From Kudoa neothunni (lineage: Eukaryota; Animalia; Cnidaria), in the NCBI GenBank assembly GCA_964304625.1, contig OZ199840.1, positions 5,693,200 to 5,757,199 of the forward strand: DNA of 64,000 nucleotides, written 5' to 3'. Position 1 is the stretch's first letter; every line of letters starts with the position of its first letter. The notes beneath the pieces were generated by a model, which did no database searches, was not told where the DNA came from, and worked only from the letters and a program-made list of their open reading frames with translations. A program made the translations under genes and the position numbers. This document shows, piece after piece, positions 1-14,005 of this stretch.

Positions 1-791
1 TTAATTCATTATCAACATTCGGAGGTGTGCCCTTCTGCAGGAAATTTATATGCTCATTACCATTCTCCTGGATGGTAGAATTTGTTAGTATTTTTTGATA
101 TTTTATCAGCATACCACTTTTATTTTTACGGCGTTTTATATTTCGGTGCAAATATTTTTAATCATTTGTTGTATACGATCATTTTTAAACCTCATTGTAA
201 TATATATTAATGCTGATTTATCAGTGTTCTTCTTTTTTAAATTAAATAATTTAAAAAGCTTACAATAGCTTTTTTTAAATCAAATGAGTTCTGCTGAATT
301 GTAAACGAATTCGTTGTTAATCCTCGTCTGAAATGCAATTATTTGTAGAGACTAATTTTCAATGAGATTCGCTGAAAAATTATTGTGAACTCATCTTTGA
401 AAGATGTTGTAATGCGAAAAAAAATCAATGACAACAGTAACAATAAGACAATTAGTGTTATTGACGATTTTTTGGCCTACGTGTATTTTTAGATGTTAAG
501 TTAACTAGAAAACATTATTTATTTGTCCATCTAACGGGATGGGTGAACTATTTTTGCCATTGCTCATAAACTGGTCGTGTGATTATAGATTATATGATCG
601 AACTTGGAGTTTTTTGAATATACAATAGGCTCTCGATATTGCGAGGTTCGATATAGGATGTCTAGTCGACATTTTTGTAAATTTTAAAAGCAAAAATATT
701 TTATCCGAAACTTCTTTAGGCGAATAAGTGTAATAAATTGTGGTGTTACATTTTAGTCTACCCGCTTTCATTAACAAGTTTATTTGCACCT

Positions 792-817
792 TATATATAT
801 ATATATATATATATATA
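792..817. repeat. (TA)n microsatellite
   Basis: Run of TA dinucleotides; a second run lies at about 15785-15805. Confidence 0.9.
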
Positions 818-1529
818 AACAACCTATATTTGATACTTAATCACCATCAAACATGAATTAAGACTTTAAAATGATCATGAATGTAATTTTCGTTAGTTAC
901 AAAAAATGTATTATTCAACTAATCAAGCCTATGATAGGGTGGGTTATAATTAAGCATTGGCATTTTAAACGTGTATCTTTAATCCGACAGTTCGCAATAG
1001 CACTATGCCCAAAAATGGGAGAAACCAGATTTCAAAATCAAAGGTTGTTAGTAAATTAGTTAATTTAACAAAAAAATGTAAACCTCCTTGTGCTTTCTAC
1101 TCCTTTCATTAAAAGTTTTGAAAAGAACATGGCCGAAGAATCACCTGAAAATAAACAGCGAAACTTTTAAAAAAATTCGAACATTTAAAAGGAAGAAAAT
1201 CGATTTTAATCAAAAATGGCAATACCTATTTATAATTGTTGATTATTAACCTAATTGTACATCATTTACTTAATATCATTATAGTAAAATTTACCTAGAT
1301 TTAATACACGGTGCCAAGCTTATTATAACCTTAATAGTAAATGTTACGAAAAAAAGAACGATTTTTATTTTTCCCTTAAAAATCAAAATAGGATGTACGT
1401 GTAAAATCTTTTGAATAAAAATACCTATCTACTCTATTTTGTTTAATTTTTTAACTTAAAAAAAATGTTATAAGGAAATGAAGAACTTTAAATGCTTTAT
1501 TTCTGTAAAATAAACATTAAAATTAGAAT

Positions 1530-2017
1530 TAAAGTTTTTACAAAGTGTGAGCGTGATGAAAAAACGTTGCACTTGATGGAAAAAACATGAGCGAAATAAA
1601 AAAAAGTGATGTCGTTCGAAATGTGGGGATTCTAAAATATTAAACGTGATATTTTTTATATTAAAAACGCGAATGGATTAAGCCAACCGTGTTATTATTC
1701 AGATCTCCAACTAAGAAATCTTATATCGATATACTCTCCAACCCAAAAATTAGCATAAAAACTCTATAATTTTCTTATAGTTAATTTAAATAAGTTTAAG
1801 TTTATAGTACATAAAATGGCGAACAAAAAACATTTATTTTTATTCGTAAAAACGTCTATTTTCTATAAATAGCGCGTTCGTTTATTAACCTAATTCTAAA
1901 ATCCTAATATTTATGATATTCGAAAAGGATGAACGTGATGAGAAAGTGTGATACGTGATGCATTTCACACCCATCACGCTATATCACGAGCGTGACGTGA
2001 CACGCGTAAAAACCCAT
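1530..2017. mobile_element. Putative non-autonomous DNA transposon (hAT-like MITE) with CGTGA-rich subterminal regions
   Basis: Imperfect inverted ends (aaagtttttac ... gtaaaaaccc) and dense CGTGA/TCACG motifs at 1545-1650 and 1930-2005. Confidence 0.4.
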
Positions 2018-2440
2018 ATTAGAATCTAGTCATAATTTAATCCAGACCTTTACTTCTACGGCACGCATCGTAAAAATTCCATCATGTATTTTAACTTTAA
2101 AAGATAACCATTAGATTTGCGCTTTCAGTTTTTTATTATTTTATTGTAAAACTTTGTATATTTTTGAAATTTCACCGAGCGTTTAACTAAGTTTATTTTA
2201 TCAGTCGATATAATTATTATTTTTTAAAAACGTATATGAATCTCTGGCGGATTTACGCGACATATAACCAGTTTGAAAACAAAATTTATCTAAAATAATA
2301 TAAAAATGGACGCTCAGTGCCCAAGATTATTGTTTAAGGATTAACGCATCTTTTTTACAAGAAGTAGAAAAAGTTCGAAAGTTATAATGAGAAAAAAATA
2401 ATAAAAATATAAAAAATATTTTTGTTAATGTTAAGATTGT

Positions 2441-5400
2441 TGTAGCGAATTCATATATTCTGAAAATAATAAAACGGATAATTATCTTGGGGATTCTAAC
2501 AACATTTATTAATGACTCTCTATATCTTACTAGAATCTCTCCGGTTTTCTAATATTATTCCCATTTTTTCCCAGCGCACGCAGTCCATTTTTTGACTTAA
2601 CGTTTAATTATTTCAGGTTTTAATTTATTAAAACTAATTAATATAGTCTTTCCATTTTGATTAAGTTGATAGAATATATTTGAAATTCTTTGTTTGTCCA
2701 TATATGGCTCCTCATAATAAGGATCACGTTTATTCCTCCTTGTTTTAACAGCTAGCCAAATCTTATCCCCAATACTGTACAGTTTACAATATTCTTTCTT
2801 TGTTATAGGTTTTTTAATCTGTCTTGGAAAGTTTAAAAATTTTAATTGACTAATTTATGTGCTCTTTTATGTTCATCCTAATACAGTACATAAAATTGTC
2901 AAGTTTATTGAATGATTTTGAATTATCAAAAATCAATCTATTGGAGAACATATTTCTCCATCAAGCATTTAAAAATTTGATGTATATCTAGTCGCAGTAT
3001 GATTCGCGGATCTGTGAGCCATAATAAACAAGGGAATTAATTCCACCCAATCACTACAGTGTTTTACACATTAACTCAACATATCGCTAATCGTTCTATT
3101 TAGAAGTTCAACCATACCGTCAGATTTTGGATTATATCGACAAGTTTTCGTCTTTTTAATTCCCATTAGATTACACCCATTATGAAACAAGTTGGATTCA
3201 AAATTAGTGTCTTGGACCGTGTGAATAAACTTTGTAAGCCCAAACCTGGAGAACATGTTTTTGACGAGTTTGTTGCTAACAGTAATTGCTTCTTGGTTTT
3301 TCAATACAAAAGCTTCAGATCACTCTGCACGTTGTAAAATAGTTTTGAACCACACGGATGAATCTATTTCGTCATTATCTTTCTCGAGAGGTCCGAAAAT
3401 ATCTATTTCTATTCTCTCTGTTGGCTCCATTTACAAATATTTCGTATACGGTATTTGGTGATGTTTGTTAGGGCGATTTCTTGTTGTGCATTTTTCACAC
3501 GATTAACATCAAATGGAAACATCTTTTTTTTTGTAATGGCAAATAAAAGAGAGGTCGTAATCTGCAGAGAGTTTTCTCAGATCAAAAATGACCAGAAGTG
3601 GGTTCGTGGTGAGCTGCTAGCAAAACTTTCTCAACCATTGACCCCGGTATCACAATTCTCAAGTAATTATTATCTTCGTTCTCAGGGCCATCATATTTTC
3701 AATACAGCACATTTTCAACAATTTGAATGGTTTTTTCTAACAACTCAGAATACATAATATGTAGTCTTTTTTAGAGGGATTTTTATGTCGATATGACCTC
3801 CATTTACATATCTTATCATAAGTTGAATGCTACCGTCTTTTCTTTGGGCCATTATAATATCCTCTAATTATTAGAATCTATTAGAATCTATTAGATTAGG
3901 TGTATTGTCTGCCACGTGGATCTTGCCACAATGCAACTTCTGGAGCGTGCATTGGCGTTCCCGTGCAATTTGCCTGTTCTACACGTGATTTAAAAATCAA
4001 AATCACTAGGCAAATCCAGCCATCTGGCGAATTGGCCAATAATATCGTTGTAATTCATCAACGACTTCAGACTAGAATGGTCTGTTCTCACTAAAAATTT
4101 TCAGAAAATTATATATGGCCTAAATTCTTTCCGGTTTGTGTGTAACTTCTTTCGGCGCTTGACAAAACCCTTCCAGAGTAAGAAATGACTCTCCCTTGTT
4201 CTGCTCTTTCTTGAGAGAGAACTGCACCAATGGCATCATTACTCGCATTCGTATTAACAGTACATGTCTTATTCCAGTCTGGGTAAGCAAGAATTGGTGA
4301 GGATGACAGTTGATTTCGAGGTGTGTTAAATACATCTATAAAACTTTTATCGAGCATGAACTTTTTGTTATGTTTGGTTAGGTTATATAATGGAGGTGCA
4401 ATTTTGGAAAAATCAGGAACAAATTTTCTTACTTCATTTACATTGTGAGGAAGTTTAGAGTTCTTTACGCATTCATTCTTCTTTTTTTCGGATTTAATAC
4501 CATTCCTACTTATCCCAAATCCCAAAAATTCAACTTCCTTCTTCAATAATGTGACTTTTCAGGGTTAATTGATAATTATCTTCCTATAGTATCCAAAATA
4601 ATCATTAAGTGTTCCATATGCTTCTGTTTTTATTTACTGTATATTAATATATCATCATTATAAACTACACAGAATTTGCTTAACATCGAATTGAAAGCTT
4701 GATTCACCAATCGTTGAAATGTTGCAGGAGCATTGCATAAAATGAATGGCATACGTTTGAATTGGCACAATCCATTCGAAGTGTAGAAATCTGTCATTTC
4801 TTTGAATTTTTCCTCCATACAAATTTTATAATAACTCTTTGAGAGATCGATGATGGAAAACCAATGCGCACAATTGAAAATATCTAACAAATCATCAATT
4901 CTGGGAAGTAGGAAGGAGTTGCGTTTAGTAAATTCATTCAGTTGACTATAATCAACGCGAATTTTAACAGATAAATCTTTCTTTTTGACCGGTACAATAT
5001 TGATTGTCCATGGACTTTTGGATTTTTCTATGATAACCTCCATAAGTAAAAAATCAACTTGCGTTTTTATATCAGGCAAAAGGGCATGTGGGATTCTGCA
5101 TTTTGTTGTTGTTTAATTGGATATGTCGAAATTTTTAGGATAATATCATGCTTTGCTAATAAATTATTTCTAATTTCCTGCTTGAATCGTAAATTACATT
5201 TGCGTATTCGTCCACTAATGAAACATGATTTTGATTACATATTTTTTTGATATATTTTCCCTGTACTGATTTTCACCACCAAATTAAGTCTTTGCATAAC
5301 ATCCATACCAATAATTAATCACAGATCAAATTTTTGACTACCAAAAATTGATGGGAGATTTTCATGCTAAGAACAGTAAAAGCCAATTGACTTTTCCCTG

Positions 5401-7676
5401 GGACGTTCTGGGTGTAGCCCGTAGCAAGAGTTAACGTACCGCCACTCTTTCTGACATATTTCGTAGATCCTAACCTCTTAATCAATCTATCGCTCACTAG
5501 GGAGATATCTGATCCTGTGACTATCATAGTTTTTTCCATCTTATTTCCGAATAACAATTCAACATAAAGCTGTTTGTTATTTGATGTGCGCGAGAAAAAC
5601 GCCGAATACTTCAAACAACGCCATGCGATATTTCCAAAACGGATACATTTAAAGCATTTCAACTTATTTTTTTAGTTGTCACTGAATTTTTCCATTGAAT
5701 TGTGTTCATTCTTTCCATTAAGAATGCCTTTAATTTCCTCTATTTCTTTAACGACATCAAGTTTTGCATAGAAATTCTAATTGCTTGGTAGATCTCGTCT
5801 ACCTGTTTTTCGTCGCTGATTTTTTTGTTAATGCCATTGATTCGTTTGGCAACAACCACTGCCTCCTTAATGTTGGAAATATTTCCTATGAGCAGAAGTT
5901 TTTTCATATCATCTGAGAGTGGACCTCTAATGAATTGATGACAGACGACTCTGTCAAATTCGACCTGCGACACTGACGTGAACGTTTTCTGCCGAGAGCA
6001 ACCATGTTCTCAGCGTATTGCTGTGATGATTCATCTATTCGTTTAGTTCTGTTGTGAATGCCTTCATTGACTTGTAATAATCAATTCGTTTCCCAGACGT
6101 ATTGATTATGTACTCTTTTATTTGATTGTAGGGTGATGTTTCATTCAATCCTATAGCATTAAGGACATTCCACAACACATCATTCAGACTCAGAAGTAAT
6201 TCAGCAGTGTAATTCTCTCGGTTTATCTGGGATTGTATCAACATTAGTTCGAATCTCCTAAACCAATTCTTTGGACACGTGCTCCCATCATAGCGTGATC
6301 CTTGCCAGATCCTGCTCACTGCTCCAATGTTACACATGGAATTCGATGTTTGCATCTTAGAAATAAGCACGGATAAAACACTTAAAATATATACAGTAAT
6401 CATTCACTCTAGAACTTTTAACAATATTCTGATAATTTCGATAAGTTGATGTAATTGAACCTTTAAAGATAATGTGCATCCTTACATGTCAGATGCTTTC
6501 CATTATCTATTCTACGATGAACCATTTGATTAGTTTCATCACAGCCATCGCATTCGATTAACATTGACTTCAAAAATTTATTATTCCTCAATTCAAATTC
6601 TTTCTTCCGGATATTCATTTAATAGTCAATTGTTCTAAGGTGTACATGTCAAAAATGCAACTATGCAATAAATTGTCGACAATGTAAAATTTTTATTCCC
6701 GATTATTCAATCCCAGGCTAACGCAAAATTCAGTAATACTAATAATATTAACCTCTTCTCCACCTGCTGAAAATATTTTTTGAATAAGTATAGACAATTC
6801 AATGAAACCGAGCGATTTAAACAACGAATATTTCATCAAAGATGATTGTGATTCAGTGTCAATCAATGATTTAATCGTTTTACTCTTAATTTCAAAACGC
6901 ACAAAGAACATATAAGATAATTTATCGTGTGAACAAGATTTTGTATAACCTTTTTTTGTAATGTGACCAGTTTTACCACAATTAAAGTCAATTATTTTCT
7001 TTTTCTTGGCTTCCAATGCACTGATCCTTTAAGTAGTTGTTTCGCAAGTTTAGAATCCGGTATTTTTGTTTCCAAAACACATATGAACGAATCCATTTCA
7101 TTTTTATTTTTTGTATACTAATTCCAATTTTTGGACCAGAGTTAATCGTTGTTTTAAATTTTGGGGCTCACTCGGCAGTAGATTTTTTCTATTTTCATCC
7201 GAAATAACTCTGTGAATAAAATGGTTTATGAAGATTGTATCTAATATTGGAGAATCCATATTTGCATACGCATCTTTCTCTTTACGACGGATTTCGTTAG
7301 CGGACTAAATCAAAATTTGATTTGGCTTTGGCATGCAATCAGCGAATTCAAGTAAAGTTACGTAACAGTCTACATTCTCTCAAACGGATAATCAAGTAGC
7401 ATTTCGAGTTATTATTAGCCGAATTTACGTTATATCCAGCTTCCGGGATAATTTTTGAAAATTTTAAAAATATGAATACCAATGGTTCGAGAGCCCATCT
7501 TTCAAGTGGACACCTCCATGCAGCAATAGGTGGTCAAATTTTGACATCAACATTTTAATTTTCTCATCGTTGATGGCCTTTATTGAAGCTGATGCGTCAT
7601 TGTCAAGATTTTTGCAGCTAATATTCATGATATTATGAGTAATATACAACAGGTAATCATCTTGAGGATTCTACCA
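2441..7676 (-). mobile_element. Degenerate Ty3/Gypsy LTR retrotransposon (gag-pro-gag-pro-RT-RNaseH-INT remnants)
   Basis: Fragmented ORFs in Gypsy order: gag (6035-6403 YDGSTCPKNWFRRFE; 5740-5973); zinc knuckle and protease (5315-5662 CFKCIRFGNIAWRC, IVTGSDISL); RT (4630-5079 LPRIDDLL, MPFILCNAPATFQR, VYNDDILI); RNase H (4109-4546 TNASNDAIGAVLSQ); integrase (3071-3304 YNPKSDGMVE). Bounded by TG..CA direct repeats at 2441-2501 and 7613-7676. Many stops and frameshifts. Confidence 0.9.
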
Positions 7677-7899
7677 ATGCGTAACATTTCCAGAAAGTGT
7701 TTTATGTATGAATAGAACTATAAAATTTATTGCAAACTTTTTAATAAATTGTTGGTTTCTTGATCTTTTCCCGTTGAAAATATTCATATATTTGAAAACT
7801 TTACGTCAATACGTGAAACTTTGCTAATTGATAAAAAATTGATGATTTCCATTAATTATTTTATTCGATGAATTTGGCATTAGTAATAGGGTGTAATTT

Positions 7900-9200
7900 C
7901 TTTTAAAAAATTAGTCTAGTCTTCCACGTAGCGTTATATACGTCCTTATATGTTGCATAAGACGTTGATTAAAGACATATCGATCATGTCGAAGAGCATT
8001 ACTAGGGGTCATCGTCTGGTGAATCGATGAAAAAAAAAAACGATAGCCCACATCCTATCAATATTGTCAAAACCACCTTTAGATTTGTTATAATTCAGTA
8101 TTATATTGGGTTTGAACTTTAAAGTCTCAACCGAAATAATATCATTCGTTATACCAGTAACTAGCACACAAACACACTTATCTTTGTGACATATGTATGA
8201 TTCAAGCATGAACTTTACCTGAAATTCAAATTTTCTAATATAACAATCACTTTTTTAAGAGAAAGATATTTTGGAGTCCTTTTTTGGTTTTTTCAGAGTT
8301 CTTAAGGAGGTCAGCCGTTTGTCAAGCAGTTTTTTGTTAATGAATGGGATGAAACATATTTATCAGCAATAATATTTCTGCCGGAGCTGAACAATGGCGT
8401 CAATAGCGGAAGAACTACATTTTACTCAACATTACACTTCCGCAGAGGTTTTAAAACTACTTTTATCAAGATACATGGTTATGTTGAAAACATAATTTGT
8501 AACTGGATCGACCAGAAAAAATATCTAGATGCCATATTTCGTTTATTTCATAGGTATGTATTGACAAAATGAGCATCGACCTCTAAATGAAATCCTTTCC
8601 CGTCAATGTTAATATGTGGGTGTGAAACGAAACATTTAAGTTGCATCTTAACCGAGTGGTCTCATAAATCATGTATAGTAAAAAATTTATCCGTATCTCT
8701 GCGCTACATTCTATTATTTGAAATCATCAAAATGAAGTGAACACGAAATTTGATTGAATCGTTGAAGAGAAAACAACTGCCGATGCATTTCCTTCCCTCC
8801 TATGACGATAAAGAGTTCATATATGAGCCTTTTCCTCTTTTTGTGATTTCCAATTAATATTAGAATACCTAAATAACTCTGAAACTCAATATCATTAATA
8901 TAATATAACATTAGTTACCTTTGAATTTATGTTTGCCAAACATATTAGTGAAAAATATAATTTTATTACAAATTTCTGAGGTTAAGAAAATTGTAAAACA
9001 GTCTAATAAATTTTAAAATTTTCGGATTATGTAACAACAAGTAGATCCTGGGGTAGAGCCGATTATATTTTATGCACGAATGTTGATTATGGAGAATTTG
9101 AAATGCCATGTTCACTATGTAAAGAATCATCATAAATATCGTTAATTTCAAGTTCATCATCTCCTAATTAATATCTATCCATGACGTAATATTCAAATTC
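7900..9200 (-). mobile_element. piggyBac transposase pseudogene
   Basis: Remnant motifs YLGILILIG, RFNQISCSLHFDD, GRNIIAD and NYNKSKGGFDNID (YN..KGGVD..D consensus) in broken frames; boundaries approximate. Confidence 0.85.
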
Positions 9201-9671
9201 ACTCCAGATGAAGAAATATCGCCAATAAAAGTCAATGCTAGCGCTCATATTGGAACTTGCGAAATATTAAGCATGCGATTTTTGAATAAATATACAACAA
9301 ATCTTGGATTGCCTCCAAAATTATTCATACATTATTATTAAAACGTGATTATATACATAAATATGATTTTCTGTCAATTCTAACAAAAAAAGATTGAGAT
9401 ATTGTTACCCTATAAACTTTAGATAATTTTTACATGGAAACTAATATTTAACCCATTATAAATGTTCAATATATAATTTAAGGAAATTATTTTTTTAAAG
9501 AATTTGTGAAATTTGAAGAAATTTAATATTGAAAACAAAAAGATATTACGATGTAAGAATCGGTTAGAGGGAGAATATATCCCAAAAGCTTATAGAGTCT
9601 ATAATATAGACTGTTGGCGCTGTGATTTTCAACCGGGTACACGCAGAACCGAAAAAATATAATAACTAATA

Positions 9672-11591
9672 CAGTGGGTGAGGGGTAATCGGCCAGTATG
9701 GCTAATCCGCACATTTCACGATTAGCGTAAATTACGCGTATTTTGAATTTGTTTTGCTCATATGTTTATAATAATGTAATAATTAAAAACTTAAAGTATA
9801 CTTAGAAATATTTATTTTGTTAAAGTATCTAATAAAAACGTAATTATGGTCCATTGTTGGGTAATCGGTACCTTTTTCTGTGTTGTCGCTTCGAACATAC
9901 GCGCCATTTTCAGCCTGCTTAGTAACATGACTAAAAAATCTCATAAATGGCGTACATTGAATGAAAAATATGACATATTAAAGTATTTTGAGAATCAACC
10001 ACTTCAGGGAGCAAAAGGCCAGACTATTAAACATTTCAATGTTAAATCTACATCTATATTTAATTGTATATTATCAAAGAAAACTGAGATTACACAATCT
10101 GTTGAAAGTGGAGTGGCAAAAAAGAGTCATGTAACATTAAAGCAAGGTTCTCAAACAAAGAAATAGATCAACAGGTATATGAGTGGATTTCATGGATGAG
10201 AACAAAAAATGTTTAGCTCTCTTCAGTGGAAATAATTGCCAGTCGAAATGAAATACAAAAAGAAATTAATAAAGACGCTACGGTTGGTTCCGTGGTTTCA
10301 AAGAACGGTTCAATTTACGCAGATTAAACTTTCACGGAGAATGGAACATTGTTGAAACAAAAAACTATCGATGAATGGAACTTGCGGTTGAAAGAAATCT
10401 CGAAGAATTATAAAGCTGAGCAAGTTTATAATCTAGATGAGACAGCTTTATTTTATCAGCAGCACCCAAGTATGATTAATGAAACCTAAGTCAATCAGGA
10501 TATACTATTTTGTTGAATTTTTTATTTAGGAAAAAGTTATGTTCTTTCTAACGAGACAATTGCTAAATGCTCTAAATGTTCAAAAAAGGAGTCACACTTA
10601 TTAGGTTCTTCAATGTTAGGTGAAAAACTTGAACCCGTGGTAATTGGTCATTATGCTCATCCAAGATGTTTTAATAGCCTAACACAAACACCAGCCATAT
10701 ATTATATTCAAACAAAAAAGCCTGGATGACATTTTAAATATTTACCAATTATTTAATCAAATTAAATAACAGTCAATAAATAAAACAAGAAAATATTAAT
10801 ATTTCTTGATAATGCTAGTTGCCCTCCGCCTCTAGAGTCATCCAATATCGAATTAATTTTTTCCCAGAAACATTACTTCAGTATTACAACCCATGAATCA
10901 AGGTGTTATTAATTTATTCAAGTTGATTTACACAAGACATTTGATACAAAGATCAACTTGTTTAATTGAAAAATCCATTGAATTGAAACTCGTGAATATT
11001 CTAGATGTATTAGCGTTGATTAAAGAATCCTGAGAAGATATAACAAGACAAACTATATCTAACTGTTTTAAATAAGCAGGATTTATTTCCGAAACTTGTA
11101 GTAAATTGGCCAATATAAATGATATTTTATTAAACAAATATCATTTAGAAACGAAAGAAAGTAAAGAAGAGTCTTTGGGCACATCGGATGAAGATGATTG
11201 CTCTGATTTTCCCGAAACTATAAATGAGGAAAATCTCATTCGAGTCTGCGAAAATTTTTGAAATTTTGAGAATAAAAATGTTTATACTCCAGATATGATG
11301 GGAAACTTATCTGAATCTGATTCCGTGGAAAACCATGAAGAATCTTTTAGTTCAAAAGAAGCTTTCAAATGCCTCGAATATTTTAAAGGTTATCTTACAA
11401 AAAATGATTCTAATTTATGTAAATACTTGCAAATACTCGGGGAAGGAATTTTTGCAATCTCAGCACAAAATCAAAAAAAACTAAAATTCCAAGTTTTTTT
11501 TTAAAAGAAGATAAAATAATACCTTTATAGGAGGATAATCGGCACTTTTCCTCCGGTCCCGTAGGGATTACGTATTACCCGTCACCCACTG
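9672..11591 (+). mobile_element. pogo/Tigger DNA transposon, full-length but decayed
   Basis: TIRs CAGTGGGTGA(G/C)GGGTAAT (17/18 match) flanked by TA on both sides. Transposase remnants: HTH region (TLNEKYDIL), VYNLDETALFY, KKAWMT, FLDNAS, LQPMNQGVI. Confidence 0.93.
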
Positions 11592-12498
11592 TAATAGGTA
11601 TCTATTAACAAATGCGTGTTGTATAAGTCCTTGGCGATGTGAAACAAATTGTTGGAATAATATATTTTGATATTTTAAAAACAAATACATTCGAATTTTT
11701 TAATAAAAACCATGTATTTTATTTGTTTACAATTACCTTAATATATACGGAGATCCGCAAGACAATTTGAGCTTGTCAGAGGATCCTCAATTACAAATAG
11801 AGTTGAAACCACTGCTCTATTGGTTAAGAAGATTAATTTAGAGAATCTGGTATTTATTGCAGTAAATATAATTCTTATCAGGAAACCCCAAAAAATCAAA
11901 TAAAATGATTTTGAATTCATAAAAATAATTTTATTCTAAAATTATACTACAATCTTTATAATCAATAAATATATTGTCCAAAAAATCAACTGTATTAAGT
12001 TATTCAACTCCATAAATATGGAAATTATAAGAATTTATTAACTAACAGATTGACGTAACTGAAATTATATTTATATAATTAAAAGAATCTCGTTACAAAC
12101 AGACTGTTTTCGACGGACCCTTTAATAGTTAATTAGTGCAATAATTTGATTAAAATTATGACCTAGCGTTGATTTTAATTTTTATTTTCGTCAATTCTAC
12201 ATAAAATAATGGATAAAAAATAAAACCGCAAGCATACGATGATTTCATGATGCCAAATCAAGAGCGTCGTATATGAATGCAGCTTATGTGAATACATTCT
12301 AATTATAGAACCTTAGCTGATATTTTTATAAGAAATCTATAAACACTAGATTTCATTGCTTAATTTCAAAGTGAGCTTGAAACTTTCGAATTATTTAAAA
12401 AGCACGTTTGTTATTATTCACTCTAAAAATGTGACGGAATACACAATTTCTTCAGAAGAATAAAATGAAACGTTAGCAATACTAGAATAGATGCATTA

Positions 12499-13746
12499 TA
12501 TGGTTTCCCGATCAAACCGAGAACTATCGCGATTAATGAGACTCATTTTAATTAACCTAGACTTAAATTGCGCATAAAAACTATTCAACAATATAACAGT
12601 AACAAATATATATTTTAATAAAAATATAGTATTGGTTTGTTATTTTGCTATTTTCAGCCTTTTGAAGATACCTTAGCATTTTTCTGAAGAGGCCATCACA
12701 ATGAGAAGCGGTAATTTCATCAAATTTATTAGTGATTAACTCCTTCAGTTCCATTTCATTTTTGGTTTCTCCTCTTATTACCAAATTCTTCCCAACAGAA
12801 CATATATATTCTATTGGGTTCAGAAATGGGGAGTATGGCGGCAAGAAGAATAACTTGAGTCCGAGCATGTCTGTAGTATCTTTAAGTCCTTTATAATGGT
12901 GAATACGCGCATTACCTATAATAAAGTAATAAAGATAGGATCATTCATGTTTTTTAAAGTACAAGCCTCCTTTATTTCAATTATATAACTATTAAAATCC
13001 ATTCTGTTCACCTTCTTATTGTGAATCTTATGAAATACCATTCGATATTTATTCATGGCTGCCACTACTGAAATGTTTCTGTTTCGGTCGTGTAACAACT
13101 GCAAACCCAACTTCATCCATAAAGATAATTTTTATCCTCCATGTCTCATGTCTAGCTCGAATTTTCTAAAATCCTTTTCATAGGTATATCTAGTTTCGAT
13201 TGTAGATACACAATTTCTCCTCTCATGTCTCATGAATCGGCGGTACAGTACATCTTATGGTTAATGAAAATTTTGAGGTATTCTGTCAAGTGTGCTTTTG
13301 CTCACAGAAATATTAAATTTGTCCATAATCATTCTTTTCATATCATTTAGCCTCAATTAAAAATTAGAGTCAACCCATGATAAAATTTCAAGTTTTAGAT
13401 CATGGGACAATTTTGACTTTTTTCGCCACCACGGTTCTGTATACGTATGCAACCATTTTTGTTAAATTGTTTATGGTTCTCCAAACGGACTTATAATTAA
13501 TGGAAATATTTTGGGATATTTGTTCCGTAGATTTTCCTTCGAGTGATTTGTGGATAATTTTAATTCTATCTTTATCGGGGATAGTGGAAATCATTTTTTT
13601 ATATTTTCTGAGTTAAATTCCATTGTAGTACCAAAAGTTTAAGGCGAAATAAATATAAATATATTTTTATATAAGCTCATTATAATTTAAATATAGGTAT
13701 TTACGTTATGAATCAAAAAACGTTAAATCTTGACTTGATCGGGAAC
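12499..13746 (-). mobile_element. IS630/Tc1-like (DD34E) transposon remnant
   Basis: HTH fragment at 13400-13594, RNISVVAAM, NARIHH...LPPYSPFLNPIE. Inverted TTCCCGATCAA at 12505-12515 and 13735-13745; an alternative right end at 14099 is discussed in findings. Confidence 0.88.
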
Positions 13747-14005
13747 TATCACGTGTTAAATTCGAACCCCCTTAAATTTGTACCACGGGGATTAAGGATG
13801 TAAGCTAATGTTGTTACGTTAGTTAAACAATAAACGAAATAAAAATTATTCTCTATTATCTCCAATGTAGTCGAAACCTTCTTGCACCGATTGCAACAAT
13901 TCTCACTGTTGTATTTGCGCGAGGAAACAATCAATTTTAAAGAATAGTACAGCTAAGTTATTATAGTAAACGAAGCTATGGTGATCACCCTGATTGTTAT
14001 TGTCT

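Noticed and set aside
3868-3899. Short tandem repeat (tattagaatc)x~2.7
   Set aside because: A local slippage duplication in the dead Gypsy pol region.
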